Assembly: GCA_025558095.1 (NCBI GenBank)
Contig: JAIVFI010000013.1
Location: 695,492 to 759,491, forward strand
Length of the DNA stretch: 64,000 nt
Origin: Hyaloraphidium curvatum SAG 235-1
Lineage: Eukaryota; Fungi; Monoblepharomycota
Direction: 5' to 3'
In this document: one piece after another, positions 45,359 through 58,496 of the stretch
Position numbering within the stretch: the stretch's first letter is position 1
How the letters are laid out: every line of letters starts with the position of its first letter
Program-made: the position numbers and the translations under genes
The notes under the pieces: generated by a model
The model's input: only the letters and a program-made list of their open reading frames with translations
Databases searched by the model: none
Told to the model about the DNA's origin: nothing

Positions 45359-48300
45359 ATGGCGCGGAGCTTGCCGGCACTGATGCGAGGGGTGTTGCTT
45401 GCGGTGCTGTTTGCGGCGGCGCTGGCGGGGCTGGCTGCGCCCGGGAGGGCGGGAGCGACAACGGGCGCGTTGGCACCGGCGGGGCGGGCTGCGGAGGTCC
45501 TGCCCCTCGTCGGCGACGTGGGTTCGCGGGTCGGAGGTGGGCTCAATGTCCTTCCTGGGATCGTTTCACGGGAGAGGGCTCACTGGGCCCTGTACCGCAG
45601 AGGCCGCGGAGCCGGAAGCGCACCTTGGTCGGCGCCAGCTTGTCGTCAGGAAGTCGACCAAGCGCCGGCGCACGACGACCAAGCGGCGAAAGACGACGAC
45701 CCGCAAGAAGCGGCGGACGACGACGAAGCGACGGCGGACGACCGCGAAGGTCCGGGCGACGACGAAGAAGGTGGTGTGCCGCGCCGGTGCCGCCCCTCTC
45801 GCTGCTGACGTGCTCGCCAGATTCTTGCCCTCGAGACCGAGGTCGTTGCTCCGCCGTCCCCGTCCCCACCACCGCCTCCGCCACCCACGTCACCCCCGGC
45901 CCCGCCGCGCCAGACGACAACCCCGATCGCACACACCCCGCTTACGACCGCCCGGCCCCTGCCCCCCCCTCCTCCACCACCAACCACCTCGAAGGCAGCA
46001 CATACGTCCACCCGCACAGCTACCACCACAAAGACCCTGACGCGGACGACCTCAAGCACCACCTCGCCAAAAAAGTCCGCCCCCCCTGCGACCGCCCTGC
46101 GCCGCTCCTTCCCCATGGGCCTCAACCCCAAGCCCGACGACCCGCTGTACCGCCGCGCATCCAACCGCTCCACCGGCTCGGCGCTCTTCTACCACAACGC
46201 CGTGGTCAACCTCAAAGCATTGGTCGACGCCGCGCTGCCCCGCCCCGCCGCCGACGCGCTGCCCGGCGAGCCGGCACCGGGGCCGGGGGACTGGCAGCGC
46301 CTCCTCGACAACGCATCCAACCGCGCGAGGGTCAAAGCGCTCCTCGACTCGCTGTCGTCCCCGGGCGGCGCACGCAACCGCCGCCGCCAGGCAAACAGGG
46401 TGCTCCCCTACGCGCACTCCATCTCGCGGCAGCTGGAGCAGGCCCCGCTGCCGCTGCGATACGACATGCGCGAGGGGACGTACCCCAAGCTAACGCCGGT
46501 CAAGGACCAGGGCGGGTGCGGGGCCAACGTGGCGTTCTCGGCCATGGCGGCGCTCGAGAGCACGGTGCTGGTCAAGAGCAAGGGGAAGCTCGCGGATGGG
46601 CCGCCCGGAGGTGCGTTCAACGCCTTTATGCCAGGGGTTTGACGTGCTGACGGCGCCGCGCCGTGGCAGAAAACACCTTCCCCGACTTCTCCGAGGCCCA
46701 CGCGTACTTCTGCGACTGGTCCCAGTCCTGCGAGGGCGGCTACGACCTCCCCGGCGCCGCGGAGATGATCGAGCGCTGGGGCGCCACCTACGAGGAGTGC
46801 ATACCCTACACGGGCGCGCGCCCGGCGGGAAACGGGTGCGCGACCTTCTGTCACGTCAACAGGGGCACTTTCAGGGTGGCGAGGCTGGGGACCTCGGTGG
46901 AGGCGATCAAGCGGCACGTGTTCAACCTCGGCGCGGTCCAGACCACGTTTGCGCTCTGTGCGTCCCCGCGTTCCGCGCTGCAACGACGACCGCGCTGACC
47001 CGCCTCCGCTGCAGACCCCGACTGGCTCGAATGGTTCACTGGCCCCGCCTGCGCCGGCACCGTCTGGACCCCGCCCCCCTCTCGCCCCCCCGACGCCATG
47101 CCCTACGCCGGTCACGCCGTCGCCGTGGTCGGGTGGGAGGAAGACGGCACGGGCAACGGCTTCTGGCTCGTCCGCAATTCCTGGGGGCCGGCGTGGTGCG
47201 ACGGGGGGTACTTCCGGATCGCCTACGGCGCCGACGGGTTCGCGGGGGAGGAGGCGCAGGGGTTCCTCTGGGAGCCGCCGGAGGGGGACTGCGAGGGGGC
47301 GGGGATGGAGCGGTGCGGGGACGGGAGCTGCGCCGATACCCTGGAGGCGTGCCCCGTGGCGAGGGAGGAGTGTGCGGGAGGGATGGTGCGGTGCCCCGAG
47401 GGCGGGCGATGTGCGGGGTCGATCGCCGAGTGCTCCTCGACGTGCCCGGACGGCGGGGTGCGGTGCTGGGACGGCGCGTGCGCAGAGGACCACCTCTCGT
47501 GCGCGGGCGGCGAGTTCCCGCAGAACCCGAACTGCACGGCGCTGGGGCTGTTCACGTGCCTGGACGGGACGTGCAGGAACGCCAAGAAGTACTGCCCACC
47601 GTGCCCGGTTTTCGGATTGGTGGGGTGCGAGCGCGGCGGGTCGTGCTCGCGGAACGCGGACGAGTGCCCCAGCTGCGGCGCGATCAACCTGATTGGCTGC
47701 GGGGACGGCACCTGCAGCACGACCACGGCCTCCTGCCCTGCAACCTGCGAGATGGAGGGCCTGTTTACGTGTCCGAACCTGCTGTGCAAGGAGATGCTCG
47801 GGCAGTGCGGCGGGTGCGAGGACGCTGGTCTGGCGACGTGCTACGACGGCTCGTGCGCGCAGGACGGGGACCACTGCCCGACCTGCGAGTCGCTGGGCAA
47901 GGTCGGCTGCCCTTCCGCGCGGTTCACCAAGATCTGCGCTGCGGCGTGGGAGCTCTGCCCTTCCGTGCAGGGATCGTGCGAGGACGCGGGGCTCGTGACG
48001 TGCCCCGAGGGCGGCGGATGCGAGGAGCGGCTGGACAAATGCCCCGTCAAGATGTGCGACGAGGCCCTGAGCCCCGTCAGCTGCGGCGGCGGGGTGTGCG
48101 TGGCGCGGCCCGAGGACTGCAAGGAGTTCGTGGAGAGCGTGGAGGAGTGGAGCTGCGAGAAGTACGGGTGGGCCACGTGCGCGGACGGGGCGTGCGCGCC
48201 GGAGGCGGGGGGTTGCGCGCCGGCGCCGACGTGCGAGAGCTTCCTGATGGTGACATGCCCGGACGGGCACTGCGAGTTTTCGGCGGAGCGGTGCCATTAG
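45359..48300 (+). CDS. Secreted papain-family (C1A) homolog with catalytic Cys->Asn and a long Cys-rich repeat tail
   Basis: Signal peptide, K/R/T-rich tract, YDMR, PVKDQGGCGANVAFS, GHAVAVVGW, WLVRNSWG, GYFRIAYG, then more than 10 CxDGxC-type repeats. Confidence 0.85.
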
Positions 48301-48730
48301 CGTGGCCGGGTTGTGAGGCAAGGGATGCCAAGAGAGGCGTAAATCGATCCTTTTCTGGTGCTGCGTCTGAAGGCCGACGTTCCCATCCCCAGACCAGAAT
48401 CTGATCGGAACTACTTGCCGCCGGGTATGGACACACGGTTTGCATGGGCCACATCCTTCCGTCGAACCTTTTGAGGACTCCTCGGGGGCGTTGTCGCGCC
48501 CTATACGTCGAACGCACGCTCCGCATCCTCCCTGGCTTTCCCGTTGGAGGTCTAACTCAAATCGTGGGATCCGTTGGGATCCGGGTTTTTGGATTTGGTG
48601 GGATGGTTTGACTCAACTGGCCGCACAGAAGGGATAGCGGAACTGTGACACCACATAGCGTCCCCAGGGCCCATTACTCAACTTCCATTCTCGACAAAGG
48701 AACAACCCTGCCGTAAATTCGAACGGAAAC

Positions 48731-50230
48731 ATGCGTATCGGGATCGCGCTACTGCTCGTCGCTCTCCTTGCGGGGGCGGGAACGGCCTCCGCCGATGCTC
48801 CCCGCCCCGCGCGGCCCACCGTCGTTCCTCCACTGGTCGAGGACGTCCCAATCGTCCCGCTCGGTGGACCTGGGATTGCTGCAAACGCAGCACCGACACC
48901 CGGCATCTTCGAGGTGTGATCCTGCCGGCGCGCGCCGCCGGAACCGCCACTGAACCCGCGTCAGCTCCGCCCCATCCCCATGGCCGCACCCAAGCCTGCC
49001 GCCGGCTTCTCCATGCAGGCGGCTGTATCGCCCAAAGCGCGCGCCGGAGCCTCGGCCGCCCGGGCCACGGTCGACTTCGACACGGCGCTGCCCGCGATCC
49101 ACCTCGGCGTGGTGCCCGGCGGCGCCTCCTATGCGGAAGGCCCGGATGGCACGGTGATCACAATTCGCACGACGGCGAGGGCCAGGCAAGCCATCGGGAG
49201 CTGGCCGCAGTCGTTTATCGCCGTCCTGGAGGCCAAGGTGTGGCACGAGGCGCATCGATGAGTGAGGCTTCGCAGTTGACCTCTGTCCACCGGGCCGCAG
49301 AACATCACGTCACCAGACCAAGCTTTCCGCCTCGTCAAGTCCGTGCAGACAACACCATCCGGTAGCGTGCAGCTTCGTGCCGTCCCGATGGACCGTAGCC
49401 TCGTCCGCGGCGTCCGGGTGCGCTTCCAGCTCGGCGACGTCTCAAGCCGTGGCCCGGCGAACCTAACCAACGGCACCGGCAACGCGCTATCTCCCAACGC
49501 TGCGTGGAACTGGGGCACCCGGCGGACGGTCTACTTCAACAACAGGCTCTCGGCGGGCGGGCTCTCGATCTCGTGCACCAACTGCTACGCCTCCTTCTCG
49601 GGTTCCTTCATGGCCGACGTGTACTGGTCGTGGTTCTCCCTGCATGCCTGCGCCGCCATCCAGGCCTCGGCATCCGCCAACGTCGACGTGCGCGCCGACT
49701 TCCGCTCCGCCTCGGCCGACAGCGGGCGGCGCCGCCTAGCCCGCGCCAACCTTGGTAACTTCCGCATCATGGGCATCTTCGGGATCACCCCCTTCGTTTT
49801 CGTCGACGGCCAGGTCGTCGGCGGCCTCTCGTCGGGCTCCTCCATCTGGGCAACCTACGGATTCGACGCCTCGGCCACGGTCCGCGGCGCCGTCCGCCTT
49901 GCGGGGAACAACGGCAACTGCGGGTCCTCCTACGCCAGCGCGAACTTCAGGAACCACGGATTCGGGTTCTCCTCCAACCGCGCGACGTGGTCGGGCTACG
50001 GCGAGTTCCGCGGGTACCCGGGCCTCGGCGCCGCGCTCGACGTGATCGGGTTCGGGGTGCTGGAGGGTACGGCGGGGCCGGAGCTCGACGCGGGGATCTA
50101 CGGCTGGTCCGACGGCTCATGCAAGGGATCGAAAACGAGGCTGCAGCCGTACAGCGCCACCAAAATCGAGGTCATGGGGGGCGACATCTGGTCGTCCGGG
50201 TACAAGTACGCATCGAGCAGGTGCTACTGA
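48731..50230 (+). CDS. Secreted beta-rich hypothetical protein
   Basis: Signal MRIGIALLLVALLAG; two introns; ISCTNCYASFSGSF motif. Confidence 0.65.
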
Positions 50231-50637
50231 GATCGCGGCCAACCGCAGCCTGGACCTCGGAGCAGAGACGGTGAGCGCCTTGATAGGACACGCGGTGATG
50301 AATACGATCCTGATGCTCGCTTGAGGTCCCGCGCGGCGACGTGTACAGACGCAAATACGTCTTTCCAGCAACGGGGACATCTCGCAAGTAGACTATCACA
50401 ACCAGTAACGGGATAACATCACATCACAATCAGAGACTCGGTTGGCGTTTCTCGAACGTCCCGCTCGACGTGGTCGCAGCTTGCGACGCCGGCCGAGGGT
50501 GCCGCTGTCCTGTCCACGTGCAGAGCACAGCCGCCAACTATCCCATCCGACCTCACGCAGCGCCGTGTCGAGCCGCTCCGCGCCACGACCTCCTCGCGCC
50601 CCGGCTCCCCTTCTCGCCTCGCCTCCCCCCGCGCGCG

Positions 50638-51004
50638 ATGGCCTCCTCCCCCTCCGCGGCCCGCGGCAACCCCCCCGCCTACCCCTCACCACCCCCGCCG
50701 AACTACTCGGTTTCCGCAAACCCGCACTACGTCCCGCCGAGCGTCGGCCCCAAGGACTCAATGACGGAAGGGCTGGCCAACGCGACGGCGATACGGACGG
50801 AGGCGCGGTTCGGGCTCATGGACATGTTCGTGGGCGCGTTCGAGGGCGTGGGGAAGGCCGTCGGTGGGTTTCCACCGGGCGTGGCACGGAGGGTGAGGCT
50901 GATGCCGAATGTCCTCTGATGCAGGCGCGCTTTTTGGGGCAGGGAAGGGGAAGGAGGTCAAGGCGGACGCCGAGGACCGGGTGGGGGCTGCCAAGCAGAG
51001 CTGA
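50638..51004 (+). CDS. Small hypothetical protein
   Basis: MASSPSAARGNPPAYPSPPPPNY...; probable intron near 50864-50924. Confidence 0.45.
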
Positions 51005-51419
51005 GCGCGGCGGACGGTGCCGAGGCGGTGGGAATCATTTCTTCGCGGTGTCACTTTCTCTATCCGATCGGAATTCTTGCTCCGATCCCGGCGAGAGGGG
51101 CGTGGGGCGGGGATCAGGCGGTCCTTGAACGAGTCGACGGCCTCGTGCCACTCGTAGTCCCCACACCTCCGCACACCCGATGCGGCCCCATGCCCCCGGA
51201 GTCGCCCTCTGTGCCGCTTAATTCCGCGCTTGCTGCGCGTCACGTGCTGCGGCCGGGGTTCTGGCGCCCGCTTGCGCGGCCCGGCCGTTCGGTTTACGCG
51301 ACTGGACGGCGCTGAGCAGGACCGGCCGAGCCCCGTGGCGGCGCGGCGGCAGATGGCCGTCTCTGACGTCGTGAAAACGTCATCTGCGCAGCGTCCTCGC
51401 TCACACAAACGGGGAAGCG

Positions 51420-54400
51420 ATGACGGGAACGGACTCGAATGGGACCGATGTGCCTGCGCCGAGCACGTCCGCGCACGTTTGCGGTGCCCGACGCGCCGAC
51501 CCTCCCGGGCGCGACTCGGGGAGGCCGAAGCGTGGCCGGAGCAAGAAGGACCCTCCCGGGCCCCCGCCGTGGGCCGGCGCCGACACGTCGCCAGAGGACC
51601 AGGCCGGCGTGCTCTCGCGGGCCTCGCTGTGGTGGCTCACCCCGCTGGTGCGCCTGGGCTACAAGCGGCCGCTGATCCACGAGGACCTGTATCCGCTGAA
51701 GAAGAATCTCGACGCGCACACCATTTCGGACGGGTTCGCGGCCAAGTGGCGGGATGAAAAGGCTCGGGCGGCCACGGCCGCCCCGCCGAAGGACAAAGTC
51801 AAGCTCTTCAACGCCTTGTGGGCCGCCTACGGCTTCCAGTTCCTCATTGCCGGCTTCTTTCTGCTCGTCGTGAACATCTGCACCCTCACCTCGCCGGTCG
51901 TCCTGCGCTTCCTGCTTGAGGACATCAACGGGGGCGGCGCCGTCCCCGGCCGGGACAAGGCCTTCGGCTACGCCATGGCCGCGACCCTCTTCGCCCTTCA
52001 GCTCTTCTCCACGCTGGCCAACAACGGCTTCCAGGCCCGCTCGAGCACAACGGGCTTCATGGTCCGCACCTCGCTCGTCTCCGCCATCTACGACAAGACC
52101 CTCCGCCTGTCCCCCGGCGCCCGCGTCGAGTTCACCGCCGGCAAGACCGTCAACCTCATGTCGGTCGACACCTCGCGGCTGGACGCGGCGTCGAGCCAGC
52201 TGCACCAGCTCTGGAGCGCCCCGCTCGTCGTCTCGGTGGCCATCGTCATCCTGCTCGTGCAGCTCGGCCCGCCCGCGCTCGCGGGGCTGGCGCTACTCAT
52301 CGTCATGGTGCCCGTGCAGGCGTTCGTGATGCGGTACCTGGTGCGGCTGCGCCGGGAGACCAACAAGCTCACGGACAAGCGCGTGCGGATGACGCAGGAG
52401 GCCATGGCCGGCATTCGGGTGCTCAAGTTCCTGGGCTGGGAGGCGGCGATGGAGAACCAGCTGGCCGAGGTCCGGATGGAGGAGCTCAAGAACGTGCGGA
52501 CGATCGGCAACATCCGCGCCTACATCATGGGCGTCTCGCAGGCCCAGCCCATCCTGGCTTCGTTGCTGACGTTCGTGGCATACGGCCTGGCGGGGAGAGC
52601 GCTGACCCCGCCCCTCGCGTTCTCGTCGATCGCGCTGTTCAACGTGCTGCGGATGCCGCTCAACCAGGTTGGGCCCCCTGCGTTGCTCCGCCGCTGCGAC
52701 CGTTGACCCTCCCGCCCGGCACCCAGCTCCCCCGCTCGATCAACGCCGCCACCGACGCCTACGTGTCTCTCCAGCGCGTCGAGGCCTTCCTCTTCGCCCC
52801 CGAGATCGAGCCCATCCCTTCCGGCGGCGGGGCCCCGGGCACGATCGACATCCGCGGCGCCGAGTACGTCTGGGAGGAGCCGGTTCAGGTGCTCCCAGAC
52901 CACCTGCGCGAACGGCGTCTGCGACCCAACAAGAACAAGGGCGGCGGCGGGAACCGGGACACCGCGCGGTCCGCCAACCTCGGCTCGACCTTCACCTCCA
53001 ACTTCGGCTCCACCTTTACCCTCAACCGCACCTTCCGCACCTCCCGCCGCCCTCCCACCGCCCCCCCCGCCCCACCGCACGTCCCCGACGTCACCCCCGC
53101 CGAGCCGTTCACCGGTCTGCACGACATCACCCTCTCCGTCCAACCCGGCTGGCTCGTCGCGGTCGTGGGGAGGGTCGGCAGCGGCAAGAGCTCCCTCCTG
53201 GCCGCGCTGACGGGGGAGATCAGGCGGACGGGGGGGGAGGCGAGGATGGACGGGGGGATCGGGTACTGCCCGCAGACGGCGTGGATCCAGAACGCGACGC
53301 GTGAGTGAGGTTCCGGCAGGGAACGTTGCGGGTTGCTGACCGATGGGGCAGTCAAGGATAACGTGCTCTTCGGCCTGCCGTTCGACGAGGCGACATACAA
53401 GAGGGCGCTCGCGGTGGCGGCGCTGGAGAAGGACCTCGAGATCCTGCCGCACGGGGACATGACCGAGATCGGGGAGCGCGGAATCGTGAGTTGCCCCCCT
53501 CCGTCTGCTGCCTCGGCGTTGCTTACCATCCCGCCCCAGACCCTCTCGGGAGGCCAGCGTGCCCGCGTCAGCCTCGCCCGCACCGTCTACTCCGACCCCG
53601 ACATCGTCCTCCTCGACGACCCCCTGAGCGCCGTCGACGCCAACGTCGGCAGGCACATCTTCGAGCAATGTATCGCCGGCGCCCTCGCCGGCAAAACGAG
53701 GATCCTCGCCACGCACCAGATCCACGTGCTGCCGGCGTGCGACTGGATCGTGTGCCTGCAGGGGGGGAGGATCGCGGAGCAGGGGCGGTACGCGGAACTT
53801 CTGGGCCAGGGAGGTTACCTGGCGAAGCTGATGGCCGAGTTCGGGGGGGCGGACAAGGTGGAGGAAGTCCCCGTTGGGGGTAAGGCCGAGGACAAGGCAG
53901 AGACGGAGTCGACGGCCGACGCGGAGGAGGAGAGGGCGCGGGAGGAAGAGGAGGAAGTCGAGGCCGTGGCGAACCCCGACGGCGAGCTGACCCCCGGCGA
54001 CACGGATTGCGACGACGCGGCGTCGGAAGTCGATGAAGGGGACGGCAAGCAGAATGGCGACATCGAGCTCGGCAAGCCTTCCTCGCTGCGCGGCTCGGCC
54101 AAGCCGGGCAAGACCGACCTCGGCACCACCGTTCTCCCCTCCGCGGCGGGCAAGCTCATGATGGCCGAGGAGCGCTACACCGGCCACGTGCGCGCGCGCA
54201 ACTACTGGGCCTGGGCCCGGTTCGCGGGCGGCTGGAGGTTCGTGGCCTCGGTAGGGACGCTGCTGGTGGGGATGCAGGCGTTCAAGATCGGGACGGACGC
54301 GTGGCTGGCGCAGTGGTCGGTCGACGCGTACCCGTGGCTCGGGCTGGGGCAGTACATGGGGATCTACGTCGCCCTCGGCATGACCCAAGCGGCTTGGTGG

Positions 54401-56198
54401 GTCGCGCAACTTGCTGGCCTCGTTCGTGACTAATGACCTCTGCCCGATTCCAGCATCCTCGGCATGGGCCTCGCGCTGTCGTACCAGGGCCGGACGGCGG
54501 CCAAGAAGATGCACGAGGTCGCGCTGCACAAGGTCATGCACGCGCCGACCTACTTCTTCGACAGAACGCCCGTCGGCCGGATCATGTTGGTGGCTGTCGT
54601 TGCCCGGCCCACGGCATCAGCTGACGTCCCTGTTCAGGAACCGCTTCTCGCGCGACGTCGAGATGGCCGACAACTCCCTCCCCGAGGCGTGGCGCATGGT
54701 CCTCACGACCTTTGCCAACGCCATCTCGACCCTCGTCCTCATCTCGATCGTGCAGCCCATCTTCATTGCCGTCATGGTCCCCCTCCTGGTCGCGTACTTC
54801 TTCGCGCAGGATTTCTACCGCGCCACGGCCCGCGAGGTCAAGCGCCTAGAGAGCATCTCCCGCTCCCCCCTCTTCGCCAACTTCGGCGAGACCCTCGCCG
54901 GCCTATCCACCATCCGCGCCTTCCGCGCTGAGCCCCGCTTCTCGGCCCGCAACGGGCGCCACCTGGACCACAACAACGCTGCGTACTACCTCGCCATCAT
55001 GCAGCCGCGCTGGCTCTCGCTCCGCCTCGAGTTCATCTCGGCCTGCCTGGTGTTCACCGCCGCCGCCATCGCCGTCGGCACCTCGGCACCCGGCGCCGCC
55101 GCCGGCCTGTTGTCGCTCGCGGTCACGTATTCGCTGCAGCTCACGCAGACCATGAACGGCGTGGTGCGGCAGAGCGCCGAGACCGAGATCCAGATGAACG
55201 GCGTGGAGAGGCTGCTGCACTACGCCGGGGAGCTCGAGCAGGAGCCCACGGATCCCCCGACCGCCGCGCCGCAGGCATGGCCGGCGGGGGGCGGGATCGA
55301 GATCAGGGACCTGGTGGTGAAGTACAGGCCCGAGCTGCCGCCGGTGCTGCTGGGGATCAGCGTGCGGATCAGGCCGGGGGAGCGGGTCGGGGTGGTCGGG
55401 CGGACGGGGGCCGGCAAGGCGCGTTCACCTGCTTTCAACGCACGCTCTTTGGGCCTCGGCTAACCTGGTTTCCGCTCCACAGTCGACCATCATGACCAGC
55501 CTCTTCCGCCTCGTCGAACCCACCTCGGGCTCGATCCTCGTCGACGGCGTCGACATTTCCGGCGTCGGCCTGCACGACCTGCGCTCCCGCCTGGCCATGA
55601 TCCCGCAGGAAAGCACCCTGTTCTCCGGATCGGTGCGATACAACCTCGACCCGTTCGGGGAGCACACCGACGCCGAGATCTGGTCGTGCCTGGCCCGCGC
55701 GGGCGGCATGGCCGAGGCAGTCGCCGCCCTGCCCGACAAGCTCGAGTCTCGGGTGGCCGAGAACGGGGACAACTTCTCGGTGGGCCAGCGCAGCCTGCTG
55801 TGCCTCGCGAGGGCGATGCTGCGTGGTGCGAGGGTGGTGGTGATGGACGAGGCGACGGCGAGCGTGGACCTGGCGACGGACGAGCTGATACAGAGGACGA
55901 TCAGGGTGGACGAGGCGTTCAGGGGGAGGACGGTGCTGACCATCGCGCAGTGGGTGTTTGCTGTCGCTGGAAGTTGCGATCGGACGGCTGACCGCATTCT
56001 CCGCGCAGCCGCCTGTTCACGGTCATGGACTACGACCGCATCCTCGTCCTCGACCGCGGGCGGATCGCGCAGTTTGGCCCGCCGGCGGAGCTGCTCGCAG
56101 TACCCGGGCCGCTCCGGAGCCTGGTGGAGGAGACGGGGAGGGAGAACGCCGAGGTGCTGTTCCGGATGGCGGAGAAGGCGGCGGCGCGGCAGGCGTGA
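51420..56198 (+). CDS. ABCC (MRP/YOR1-like) ABC transporter
   Basis: TMD1; NBD1 [18 protein letters not shown]; TMD2 [10 protein letters not shown]; NBD2 GRTGAGK|[16 protein letters not shown]; about 7 introns. Confidence 0.95.
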
Positions 56199-56545
56199 TG
56201 GCAGACGGGGCTGATACCAAAGGAAGTGCATGGCACCGGTGCGGGGCCGAACGGACAGCGACGGGGAAGGCGGCGGTGTGCTGGGGAGGAGGGGACGGGC
56301 GAAGGCCGACATCGAGGACACCGACAACGGCACGCAACCATGTAAAGGTGCCGTCGAAGCTGTACCATGGAACGGCACCTGATGCAGCGTTGCGCTTCGG
56401 GTGGACGCCTGCAACGGCCTGCTTTGTCAGCGAGGCCCGCGAGGAAAGCGCATCCCCGCACATGCCCTCGCCTCGTCTCCCACTGCCTGGCACCCCTCTG
56501 CTCCCCTTGCGCACCCCCCGCTTCCCTCTCCGTGCTGCCGCCCGC

Positions 56546-57319
56546 ATGTCCTCCGCCCCGCCCGCCTCGACGGACCGCGCCGCCCACTGGGACCGCGTCT
56601 TCCGCACCACGCCGGTTGACAAGGCCTCGTGGCACCAGGCCCGCCCCGAAACCTCGCTGCGCGCGGTGCACCGCGCGGCCGGAGAACTCACCCGTTCGAG
56701 AAGCGGGGAGGGGACGGCGGAGGTTCGGGTGCTCGACGCCGGGGCGGGCGCGTCGCTGCTGCCGGACTGGCTGCTCCGGCACAACGACCAAAGCGGGCTA
56801 AAGTACAGGTTCAAGGTTACGGTGCTGGACATTTCCGAGGCCGCGCTGGGGATCACCCGCGCGAGGCTGGAGAAAGAGCAGCCCGGGAGGCTCGGGGACG
56901 CCGGATTCGTCTGCGCCGACGTGGCGGCCTACAGGCCCGCTGTGGCGAACCAGGTGGACATCTGGCACGATCGGGCGGTGCTGCATTTTCTCCTTGACAC
57001 GGCTGCTGTGGCCGGCTACGTGAAGACGATGCGGGACTCGATGGTCCCGGGGAGGTCGTTCGCCTTTGTCGAGACCTTCGCCCCGGACGGGCCGGAAAAG
57101 TGCAGCGGACTGCCCGTCAGGCGATACTCGGCCGACGAGCTGGATGCGGCGCTCAATGCCGCCGGGAAGTGGCTCGAGCGGGTCGAAGAGGGCAGAGAGG
57201 TGCACGTGACTCCGGCAGGGAAGGATCAGCGGTTCCAGTGGGTGCTCTTCAGAGACGTTAGGGACGGTGGGGTGCGGGACGGAGGTTCGGGGAGTTCGAG
57301 GCAGGGGGGGAGGTTGTGA
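56546..57319 (+). CDS. Class I SAM-dependent methyltransferase, bacterial type, intronless
   Basis: HWDRVF...SWHQARPETSL, VLDAGAG, VLDIS, WHDRAVLHFL, TFAPDGPEKCSGLPVRRY, HVTPAG. Confidence 0.88.
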   Translation: MSSAPPASTDRAAHWDRVFRTTPVDKASWHQARPETSLRAVHRAAGELTRSRSGEGTAEVRVLDAGAGASLLPDWLLRHNDQSGLKYRFKVTVLDISEAALGITRARLEKEQPGRLGDAGFVCADVAAYRPAVANQVDIWHDRAVLHFLLDTAAVAGYVKTMRDSMVPGRSFAFVETFAPDGPEKCSGLPVRRYSADELDAALNAAGKWLERVEEGREVHVTPAGKDQRFQWVLFRDVRDGGVRDGGSGSSRQGGRL

Positions 57320-57492
57320 TTCCTTTTGGCGTGCGCAATCAGGAGGCTGGGTTGCTCAATGAGTGGGCCGGCACGAAGTGTTCCACGGACAACCTGTACT
57401 CACACTATAGTGCCCTAACATGCAACTCCCACGCCTCTTATTCCGCAGCACGATTTGTCGCAGGCGATCGCGTGGCGCCAGCCCAGTCCCAA

Positions 57493-58496
57493 TCAAGTGT
57501 AGCTCACGACCACGCGGCCGTTGCCGGTGTTGGCGCCGCTGGAAAACACCGCCCCCGACGGCCCCAGGCTGCTCCCGCCGCCGCCTCCGCCCTCCAAACC
57601 GCCGCCGCCGCCCCCGTAGTAGCCCCCGCCCCCGCCGCCCGGCCCGCCGCAGCCGCACGAGGCGAAGCCTCCCGCGCCGCCCGTTCCGAGAGCGCCGGCG
57701 CCTCCGGCCGTCGAGCCGCCGTTGGCTCTGGCGCCGCCCGTGCCCCCCGCGGACGCCGTGCCACCGGTTCCCGCCGATCCAGTGGAGGTCGTGCCGTCCC
57801 CGCCGACCTCTCCCCCGTTGCCGCCGTTGCCACTGACCGACGCGCCGCCTCCCCCGCCCCCTGCAACGACGAACCTATCCCCCAGACTGCAGGTGAGTGA
57901 CGAAGCGCAGGATCCGCTGCGCACGTCCGAGGCGCCGCCGCCGCCACTGCCCACGGCGCCGGCCCTGCCCGAGGTGCCACCGGCGCCGCCGCCGTTGTAA
58001 CCCCCGCCACTGGTCGTGCCCTGCCCGCCGACCATGATCTGGTATGTGTCGCCGGGGGTCACACCGACCGAGAACGTGACCGAAGCGCCGAGGCCGAGGC
58101 TGCCGGCGGTGCCGCCGAACGTGGCGCCGTTGCTGCCCGACGCGCCGTACACCTCGAAGGTCGCCTGCGTCGCGCCCTCGGGCACGGTCCAGCTCTGCGC
58201 GGCGCCGGTGTACGAGAACGTGACGACCGTGGCGTACCGCCGGTAGATGGCGTGCAGGTTGTCGGCGGCCTCGGAGACGCAGGCGACGCTGCCCTGGGGC
58301 GCGCCGGGGTACGCGAACTCGCTGCGGGGAGGGCGGTCAGGCGGCGAATGCGGCCGGCCGGGCGGGCGCACCAGAAGGCTTCGAAGGAACACTCCGCGCA
58401 GGACCGGGCAAACAGCGGCGCCGCCGAAGCGCCCGCGAAAAGGGCGGCGGCGAAAAGCGCCGGCAGCGCGAGCGGCGCGGCGCGGAGGGAGCGCAT
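57493..58496 (-). CDS. Secreted glycine-rich protein (ALK/LTK-type glycine-rich domain)
   Basis: Signal MRSLRAAPLALPALFAAALFAG, then an intron, then TFSYTGAAQSWTVPEG...GASG...VGGQG...GGGGASDVR...VVAGGGGG...GNGRVVVSY. Confidence 0.8.
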
